Below, one piece after another: positions 51,701 through 60,751 of a stretch of 64,000 nt of DNA. The first letter of the stretch is position 1. Each line of letters starts with the position of its first letter. Location: NCBI RefSeq assembly GCF_040938485.1, contig NW_027272729.1, positions 1 to 64,000 of the forward strand, given 5' to 3'. Under the pieces are notes generated by a model. The model was not told where the DNA came from and did not search any database. It was given only the letters and a program-made list of their open reading frames with translations. The translations under genes and the position numbers were made by a program. Source of the stretch: Diadema antillarum (lineage: Eukaryota).

Positions 51701-52242
51701 TTTCAAGTATATGATTGGTTCAAGTTTAAACGCAGAAGAGTACAATATAATACTGATGACATGATTTTGAAAATTGGAGAAACACATTTGAAATCTTATG
51801 AATCTGTATTTTTTTGTGTGTGAGTTGTATTCAATAGTACATTGAGTTAGAACGATCATATTGAATTTTTTTGTACAAGAATTTCTCATTTTAGTGGAAA
51901 TTTAAATGGACTGATATGTATACATGTACCATGAGAATCTGAAGTAAACTTCCTTATGCAGCTAGCAACTCTTCTCTCATCTCTTTCCAGGTGGCTGCCT
52001 TCCCAGCTGTCAGAAGCATGTAGCCACCTCAGTGGACTTCTGTTCCTGTAAACTGACCAGTTCTGTTTTACTTGCACCTTTCACTTTTTTATTATTATCA
52101 TTAATTTTTTAAAAAATATTCCCAAACCTCTCTGTTGGCCATTGACTGCACACGCACCCTATCCCAGTTTAGCTTCCAGAACAAGCTGCAAAAGGAATTA
52201 CTTATACAAGGTACAAGGTACAAGGTTTAACAAAAGAGAGAA

Positions 52243-52392
52243 AGAGCAAGTGCAACTTTGGAACCTCTCATCACTAAATATAACAAAGCAGGAACAACTA
52301 TTGTGAGCAATTGCTGGAAAGCTTACGACTATCTCGGAGCAGCATGGTTTCAACATTTAACTGTAAATCACTCCTTGAATTTTGTAGACCCT
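52243..52392 (+). mobile_element. Fragment of a second, distinct Merlin-type transposase
   Basis: Open 50-codon frame RASATLEPLITKYNKAGTTIVSNCWKAYDYLGAAWFQHLTVNHSLNFVDP, matching the Merlin/ISXO2 motif G.TI.SD.WKAY...HLTVNHS.NFVDP. It is absent from the ORF track because it lacks a start codon. Confidence 0.8.
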
Positions 52393-52399
52393 ATTGTAG

Positions 52400-52801
52400 C
52401 ATTCAGCATTCCAGAGTAAAGAGCTACCTGAGCCTGTCACATGTGGATACAAAGCTTTCCGAGTGAAACGCTATGTACCACCCATTATGAGATGTTTGAA
52501 ATGCCAGAGATTAGGGCATAGTCAGGCCCAGTGTAAAGGAAAGATGAGATGTGTCAGGTGTGGCAGCAATCACTCCTTTGACAAGAGTCAAAACAAAGAA
52601 ACACCACTGTGTGTCCGATGTAACGGCCAGCATAACAGTGCATACGGGGGGTGCCCGGAGTTGAAGGAAGCGCATGAAATCCAATCGTACAGAATAGAGA
52701 ATCGAATCAGTTATGCAGAAGCGGCAAAAACCTTAAATCAGAAACAAGAGAACACGGATCCCGAAAATCAGAACAAGGCACTGCATGGGCAGAGACCCTA
52801 A
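52400..52801 (+). mobile_element. Non-LTR retrotransposon ORF1 (gag-like, zinc-knuckle) fragment, I/Jockey-group type
   Basis: Reads ELPEPVTCGYKAFRVKRYVPPIMRCLKCQRLGHSQAQC...RCVRCGSNH...CVRCNGQHNSAYGGCP...ISYAEAAK. Three CCHC-type knuckles (the second degenerate) are followed by the typical SYAEA motif. Confidence 0.8.
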
Positions 52802-53391
52802 GGAAGAGGGCCATGGGACTGCGCAGGATTGCATAGGATTGTGCAGTTCCTGCTTGGCACAAATTGCCTAGAGTGACTGGTGGAATACACCAATCAGCAC
52901 TGGAATGCAGATGTCAGCCCCCTCAGTGAAAACAATCTGGCAGAGGCGGGATTGCTCCTGGAAGAGGAGGGCTGGGAATGAGTAATTGCCACCCTGCAGC
53001 CGCTTCACATCATGGCTGTCCTCCCCCACTCTTTGCAAGCTTGATGATTGATGAAGCAATTAAGAACAAAGGTTGAGACACGCTCTGTTCTCACTCTATT
53101 GTCCCATGATTGTCCTAACAATGACACAATAAAATGACGCTTGCGTGTCGGAGGAGAAATCTGCAAATCATAATGTACTTTTAACCATCGTTAGCATGTG
53201 CTGGGATATACAATATTGTATTATAGAGCCAATCACTAATTAAACTAAGATTTCATCTAGGGCGAGAATATGCAAATTAGGAGGCCTGATAGACAATATT
53301 ACATATTACGGTGATTATTTCTTGTCGTCTGCAGATTAATCTGATTATCATATCAGCATAATACCTACATACTGCCAGTATTCTTAATAAC

Positions 53392-55139
53392 ATGCCTCCA
53401 ACTGGGAATCGACGAATTTATCTGTTATGGACTGACATCCAAGACATAAGTGGAGATGCAAGACAATGGCAACTTCGAATCCGGAGACTATTTTGGAGCA
53501 AGAACATAAGACACTGGGACAGAATCAGGGTTGCAGCCTTTGTGTACTTAAACGGTTTGAACCCGATCATGTTTTTGGAGTGGGCACAGCTCCACAGCTC
53601 ATGGGAATGTGCAAGGACGGGGCTAGTTTTCGACATTTTCAAGCTGTTTTCAATCTTTTTGAGAGCGGGAGGAATTACAGTCTTTTACGCGTGGAATATT
53701 TCAACCAGAAGGGTATGAATACCTCGACGGACGATCTCGGTGGTACATTATTAATCAAATGGTAAGTAAAACACCCCCATAATTGCAATTAATGGTTTTA
53801 CACCTTTGTTGACCAATGAGCGACGAGTATTCTATAATTTATGCAAAATACATGTTACTGGTCCAAAACTTTCCTCCAGTCAGCATTGTTGCCTTCACAT
53901 CAATTCATTCACTGCATTTTCAGACAATCATGTCTTGGAGTAAGAGGCTGCGTGATACGTCTGCTGGAGATTTCTCCCACTGGAGAAATCCCTTCGACTT
54001 CTTCAACTTGCTAGCGCTGGACGACAACAAGCTATACAATTGGTTGCAACAGCACAATCTTATCGCCTGTTCGATGCGCTGTGAGCTATGTACAAGGCCC
54101 TGCAAGTTGATATTCAATTGCTCAAAGAAAGGTGGAAAAGTGTGGAGATGCAAGGGAAGTGTCACGTGGAAACACGATAAAATGTACTCTATTCATCACC
54201 ATTCTATCTTTGAGAGATCGCAATTCGATGTTCGTGGACTCTTGGTGTTCATCAGAGAATGGGCCCATAGATCTTCGCTCCAACGTTGTGCCATTGAAGC
54301 TGGCCTGAACTACAAGCGCACCTCAGTCGATTGGGCAAAATCTTTCGGGATTTAATGCGGAAATTCGTCGACGAACTGTACTACGGAGGACGAGAGTCAA
54401 TGCTTGCTGGGCATGTTGAAATCGACGAGAGTCTGTTCGGCCGTCAGTGTAAGTACCATCGCGGTGATCCGCAGGGCCAGAAGGTTTGGATTCTCGGCAT
54501 GGTCGAGAAAGGCAGCAACAGGATTATCCTGTATCCTGTCGACAGCAGAGATGAGAATACTCTCATCCCCCTCACTGAGAGGCACGTGGAGAAAGGAGCA
54601 ACCATCTACACCTAGATGGATGGCAAGCCTACTCATCACTTAATGACCGCGATTATCGCCACTTCACCGTGGAGCACAAGAGTGCATTTCTGCAAGTTTA
54701 TCAAGACGTGGCAACCGAGGAAGAAACCGTGGTGCACACAAACACGATCGAGGGGTCATGGAAGATCGCTAAGGATCATTTCAGGAAAATAAACGGCACA
54801 AGCATCAACAACTTTGAGGGGCACCTCAGTGAGATCATCTGGAGGAATAGAGTGATTGTGGGGAAAATAAACATCTTGGAGGCAATGTTTTCCCTCATCA
54901 CCAACTACTACACCCTCCAACGCAAGCCTTCACTAGAAGTTCATCACCAGCCACTCTTTGACTCATGGTCCACCAAGCAGACGGGTAACAAGGTGATCAG
55001 GGAGGACGAGGCCGTGAACCACTCATCGGACCAACCGTCAATGGGAGAAGCAAGCACTGGTTTGCCAGAGGAGTCAAGTGCACATTCTGAACATGGCCCC
55101 TCAACTTCTTATCGACTTTATTTGTTGAATTCATTTTAA
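53392..55139 (+). mobile_element. Merlin (IS1595/ISXO2-like DDE) DNA transposon, decayed: accessory ORF (53392-53761), intron, then transposase (53924/53930-55139)
   Basis: After correcting a 1-nt loss at the A-run 54337-54340 and a 2-nt TA insertion at about 54613, the transposase reads C-x2-C...WRC zinc ribbon, VEIDES, KYHRG, WILGMVE, R...TLIPL...V..G.TIYTDGW.AY..L, H.TV.H and HTNTIEG.W. These are the catalytic D, D and E motifs of Merlin/ISXO2 transposases. TIRs were not identified. Confidence 0.9.
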
Positions 55140-56930
55140 TCAGGCTGATAATATGATATTATTTGTATGGTATATTGTAAAAATTAAATTGCAGATTGGT
55201 TGCATCTTACATAATTTGCATTCTATTATTATTCAGTTGCACTATCTATGAGGCATTATGTGAATGAGCTTTTATACCTATCTCGCTCTCTCCTATCTCT
55301 CCCTCTCATTCTCTTCTTTCTTCCTCTCTCTCTCTCTCCCTCTCTTCAAACTACCTTTATGTGAAATAGTGCAACATGTTGTAATCACCATTCTATTCAG
55401 AGTTTATTGGTTATCATTTGAGATTTATTTGCAATATTCATATCTATAGATCGAAAGAGTTTCCCTAGCAACATGTCTGTTTGATACGGTTTCATGGGGC
55501 GCCCTCCCCGTCCAGCAGTGGTCATAATAATATGTAATTAAAATGTAGCAAGCCACACTTCTGCAATATTCCTGTCGTGCAATAACTGTTCCTGAATGTT
55601 ATGATATTGCAATAATTCCTGTTTTTTAATATTTCTTTTTTCTGATCGACATATTTTGTACATATTTAAAATCTGCATTCGTAAAAATGACATTTTATAT
55701 TTATCATACGATTTATATTGACAATTTTATATTCTTTTCACGATGGTGCAACTTTTATAACACACATATTTTTTTTCATAATAATGATAATGAGTTGAAT
55801 TGTGATTCTGTATGATATTGATTGAGCTTATGTAATCAGATCATTATCAGAAAATAATTTTGTTATGAGAATAAATGAAATGTGAAATATAAATGAATGT
55901 TGTTATGTTTGCATGCTTACTGTATATGCATGGGTATCCCCCCCCCCCTTATATGTATAAGGTATTTCGATTTTTGTATAATTCTAATCATTAATGATAT
56001 ATAATTTTGTTAAAAAGATAGTAGGCCTAATGTTAAAATATTATATGGATTGAAATGATGATTTGAATAGAAATATAAGATGAAAAAGAAATAGATTCCT
56101 TATTGTATATCTCTCTGTACATCCCATCCAAGTATTCTCTTCTGTCTCTTCCTAGCTCTCTTGCTATCTCCTTCCTACCCCTTCTGTGTTTCTCTCTCTC
56201 TCTCTCTCCGCCTCTATACGCAAGTGTTTAATATTTCTTATGTCATCACTGCCGTCTTAATTTTTTTCAGTATATGTATAAACAAAATTTGAAAGTTATT
56301 GGAGAAGTATACTGATTTGTGTATATTTGATATATTTTAGTCTATAAGTTTGTGTATTGAAATATGTTGGTGACATGAAGATTATGTTTAATTTTTCTCA
56401 CAGCTTTTTCAATGTGTATGTACAAGTGTATTCGATTAATTTTGATATTTTGGTCATCAGGTGTTTATATATATATATAATTGTGTAGTTTTATATCTTT
56501 ATCTAAGAATGATTGTATGACTATGTATGTTATTATAAAATGAAATGATATTGTACAGAATTCTGCAATTCAGCCATCTCCATGGCTGCAAAAGAATCTT
56601 TAAATAAACCATTACCCATTACGCTAAGCGTTTTGGGGCTGCTGGTTGCAGTTAAACCTGCTCTGATCTACCAAACTAACGACGTTAGTGATTCTCTAGT
56701 TTGTTAAAAATATACTGCCATCTCACTCGTTATAAGATAAAGTGGAAGAAATTAATGATTAGGAGCTGATTATGCTTTTGAACTTCCCATTTTGGAATTT
56801 TTAAGTCTGACTTTTAATTTATACACATGGCTTCATCAACCATCAGGCCGTGTCATGCCTATGCCTGGCTATGCTATGGCTATGCGTAAAGTTATTAAGC
56901 AGGACTTGATGGGACTTATGCTAGCCTGAC

Positions 56931-56959
56931 CAGACCGCTGTGCTTCGCACAGCGGTCTG
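56931..56959. repeat. Perfect 13-bp stem / 3-nt loop GC-rich hairpin
   Basis: CAGACCGCTGTGC-TTC-GCACAGCGGTCTG. Confidence 0.8.
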
Positions 56960-57206
56960 ACATGTATTAGTGTTTAAACGTTGTAAACGACCGTCACTAT
57001 TGACGGCAAAATCACATAAGATGCCTTTTATTTTGTTTGATTTTAAGAGTAAGATAATTTTTAAAACTCACCTACAGCGTATTTTCCTGATGGTTGAGTT
57101 AAATTCGGCGTTTTGTTGGTATCCAGACCTTATTGTTGAATTTTTCGGAGTAGATTGTGCGGTGGCATCTTTTCCTTCGAGAGCTTCACAAAATCAACAA
57201 ACTACC

Positions 57207-57233
57207 ACGCATGCGCAACCGGAAGTGGTTGCG
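57207..57233. promoter_or_regulatory. NRF1-like plus ETS/GABP-like promoter core, possibly bidirectional
   Basis: The sequence ACGCATGCGCAACCGGAAGTGGTTGCG holds a near-consensus NRF1 palindrome (GCGCATGCGC, 1 mismatch) abutting CCGGAAGTG. It sits in a CpG-rich patch with exon-like segments ending in strong donors on both sides (57071 minus, 57603 plus). Confidence 0.45.
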
Positions 57234-57343
57234 TTTTATGTACGCCCGTGCGTTTTATGTGTTACGTAAAGCTTGTCGTCTGCTAGGTACATGATATCCT
57301 ATCGATGTATGATCACATTCGTTTGAATACCCATGCAAGGAAA

Positions 57344-57832
57344 ATGGAATTTACTAGTACCTGCTTGAATTGTAGTAGTAATTTCACGCCTAAGAACAAG
57401 GGTTTTTATCGTCATCGGGTGACAACAATCACGTCGCCAACAACTTTCACGGCAGTCTTCAGGAAGCCACTCACAAATTCTGATTGGCGAATCTTCATTT
57501 GTAGGAGTTGCTTCGAACTCCTGGTGTCGAAAATGCGGCGGAAGAACGCTCGCCGGCCTTTTCCAAGGACCCTCAAAGCTAGTACTTCGTCGATGGAAAT
57601 TGGTAGGTATTATGATCCCCAAAATCAGGCATTTCTTTCATGATGATCAATTATCAAGTTTTCATTTTCTTTAGACTACCGCCCCGTCCCATCTCAAGGT
57701 CATTTTCAGTGTAAGGATGGTTCCTTACATTTTAGTATTACACCCTTCACACTGGAATACCATGCACAGCATGGCCTGGAAGAGTATTACCAAACTGAGT
57801 CTAATTACACAGCCACTCAATGCATTGATTGA
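57344..57832 (+). CDS. Hypothetical 138-aa two-exon protein (57344-57602, 57675-57832) with C-x2-C-x42-C-x2-C; possibly transposon-derived
   Basis: ATG is in an aaaATGG context, followed by a 72-nt GTAGGT...tttctttAG intron. The frame stays open across the junction to TGA at 57832. No family was recognised. Confidence 0.35.
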
Positions 57833-60751
57833 GTGAAATTATCAATTCAATTCAATTCAATTTTATTTCCATTTCCACTGTCGTGTCAGAGAGTGATAAA
57901 AAAATCAAAACAAAAATTGTAATTGAGGGAGAAACGGCCGTTTTACCAATGTTGATCTCAGTGAGATCAATGACATTTAGGGTTTTAAGCACTGGCGTAA
58001 ATCCCGGAGGGCATGGTAAATGGCCTGTACAAACATACCCCCTATTTTTAAAAAAAAAATCAAAGATGGTATTTTGCAATATAAATTTATATGTATTATT
58101 TCTCAAATAGACAATGATGATTAATAGATTAATGTTATTTCGGTACAAACTGAGATCAGGCCAATATTAAATTCTCGCGATGCCTGCTGCGAGCCAAAAC
58201 AAAATGTTTAACAAAGAAATCGAAAAATATTATTCAAATTTAATGGGTTTATACATAAAAAAGAAAAAAAAATATATATATATATTCGACCCGTTACAAC
58301 AAAAGGATCCTGAAGTCGCTAACGTGTGAGCCGAGAAAATCGAAATCCATCAAAATGTTCGTATTTCTGTTTTTGACAAAATTTTGTAGTCTACTGCATC
58401 TTCTACCATCTGCAGAAATTTCGAAGCTGAATGATTAGAGGAAAGGCAAGAAAAAAACATTTTTCTGGGCCATGATTTTCCGAATTTCAACGGAACAGAA
58501 ACGTTTCCGAAGATTTTGATTTAGCGCCGCAGCTAGACTCCGCCCTTAGCAACGAGGGAGTGATCTCATTGGTCACTGCGTGGCATCCTGGTTACTGATT
58601 GGTCTTGCGTAAATAGAACGCTGGCGCTAATAAGCTTGAATGAACGTCGCGGAGGCTGCTGGGAGCGCACTTTCTATTGTCATAGTCCGGCAGCCAAAAG
58701 CTATTTTTTGGCCGAAGTATCTATATTCTCTGATATATTTTTGTTTTTTCTCTCTCTCTCTGTTGATTATTCATCTTTGGGGTCTTTACAATGATATTCA
58801 GGTGGATGTGGAGCTCTCACCAACATGGCCGCCACGCAGCCCTAAAACAAGGAAAATAAATGTAATCTATGTTTTAAGAGATTATAAAATATGCCGATGT
58901 TTGGATTTGGAGCATTTGTCCAGAGGTCCATCAACTTGAATGATTTTTTTTTTTAAACATTTGTTGCAGACATTTGCAATGGTTTAAGTTAAATGATTAG
59001 CTTACAATCCCTAAAATACACAAAATCAACTAAAAAATGGCACGGAATCAGGTTTTGGGGTGTGATTGTTGCATGATGGATATGTTGACCCGAATTTGGC
59101 AGAAAATAATCGAAACTATTTTCTTTTAAAGACCTGAGTAGATGGTTGCCATGGATACTTTCTCCTTCGCTGGTTGCAGACATTATGATATGTAACATAC
59201 GAATGTATTATTAGTCCTGGGATGTGACTATGTGAGTATGTATGTTAGTAACCTGTGTATTGATAGGAATCTTTGCCATTTGTAAAAGAAACTGAGTACA
59301 TGGTTGCCATGGGAACGTTTTTTGTGTGTGTGTACATGTTAACATGAGCTAGAGTATCATCTGAAGTGATAATTGCCTGGAATCAAGAATTGAAATATAG
59401 TAAATTCTATACATTTACTGGTACCTAAGAACGTAAAGAAAACCCTACGAAATAAACGTACTCTAAGTTGGAATGGAAGTTGATTTTCCGTACCAATATT
59501 GAAGATGAAAATGTCAGGGTCACTTGAAATCGAAGTAATCATCATTATAATTTGATTTTAAAATTTTGTAGGAATGTACTTAATTATGAGCATATAAAGT
59601 GGCACCATACAGTCCATAATGAATTAGATTACACACAAGACTTGGTATTTGGAAACACCTAAACAATGCTGAAAAGCTTCCTCTTTGCTCTTGAACAACA
59701 GTAGACAGTGTCAGTTTTGGTCCGCACTTCAGCTTTTATTTTATAAAAAGGGTACCCAGGGCCTGAATCAAGTGGCTTCAAACACACCTAGTCATGTAGC
59801 AGCAGCTGAGTTAGCATTCGTTTTGTAGTTCTGATCCCTGAAGGTACATGTTTGGATTAGTACAATTATTTTGAATCACATAATTTCTCAAAATTATTGT
59901 TGTTTTATAATCTAGTTATCATATTTTCTAGCTTGACCAAGATTTCAATAATCAAGAATAAAATTGTAATATAACAGACTTCGTCATTTCAATTGTGGTT
60001 GGAAGCGGTTAACACTGTGTGTTAGAAGAAATAGATAGTCACTAATTTCAGATCTGCAACAGATCAAATTATTCCAGCAGATATTATTGATCAAAGTCAA
60101 CAACAGTAAATTGATACATTTATACACTGTATGCAACCATTTCCACATCGAAAAAGTAAAATACCATTCAGAAATAGTAGATGTTATACATGATTTTATA
60201 TTGATTATCGAAATTATTGTGGTATTAATCATCGGGATATAGAAATAAATCCTGAGCATAACAGTCGGTTTATGTCATCTAAAGATATTATACGAAGGTG
60301 TTAATCTTGTGCCGTGTAACTCTACATGAATGCAAATCATGGGACTGTCCTTGAAATTGACATTGAGCAGTTACTATGACAATCAGGACATAATTATCAT
60401 CTTCATATTTTTATCTTCAGAGGGAGTCAAGCGCGCCGGAACACTCAGGGTTTTGTTTTGTTTTGTTGTTTGTTTGTTTGTTTAGTTTTCGTTTTGTTTG
60501 TTTTGTTGTTGGTGGGTTGTTTTTTTTTTTTGGGGGGGGGGGGGCAAAATTTCTCAGAGGGCACATTTTATGTGAGGATGTGAGATCCTCTGCGTGGGAG
60601 CGAAGCGACCGAGTGGGGGAGGTTGTAGGAGGGGGGTACCCTCCTCCCACGGTATAGGGACTTTTTGAAGAAAAAAAAAACATTGTATAAAAGTCGCGTT
60701 TGTAAAGCATGATGTCCTTTTTATACAGGAGCATTGTTTGTATAATAGTCA

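Noticed and set aside
51930-52035. GC-richer segment with acceptor- and donor-like sites on the minus strand
   Set aside because: None of its frames resembles PDCD5 or any family I recognise.
53100-55560. Terminal inverted repeats and TSD for the Merlin element
   Set aside because: Only short imperfect matches were found (ATGCAAATTA/TAATTTGCAT, TATCAGC/GCTGATA), so element boundaries are not claimed.
56557-56588. Minus-strand mini-exon candidate ttttgcAG|CC-ATG-MEMAELQNS|GTACAA that would splice in phase to PDCD5 and resembles its RxAELQ motif
   Set aside because: The donor is weak, the segment lacks the conserved MAD.EL..IR start, and on the plus strand it looks like a retroposon 3' tail (CAGCC/GGCTG stem, AATAAA, CCATTA repeats). 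Junction reads 56557^51091 would reverse this decision.
57072-57190. Minus-strand exon-like segment as the first coding exon of PDCD5
   Set aside because: The phase-0 frame ends in TAG at the donor, its ATG opens only 12 codons, and there is no PDCD5 similarity.
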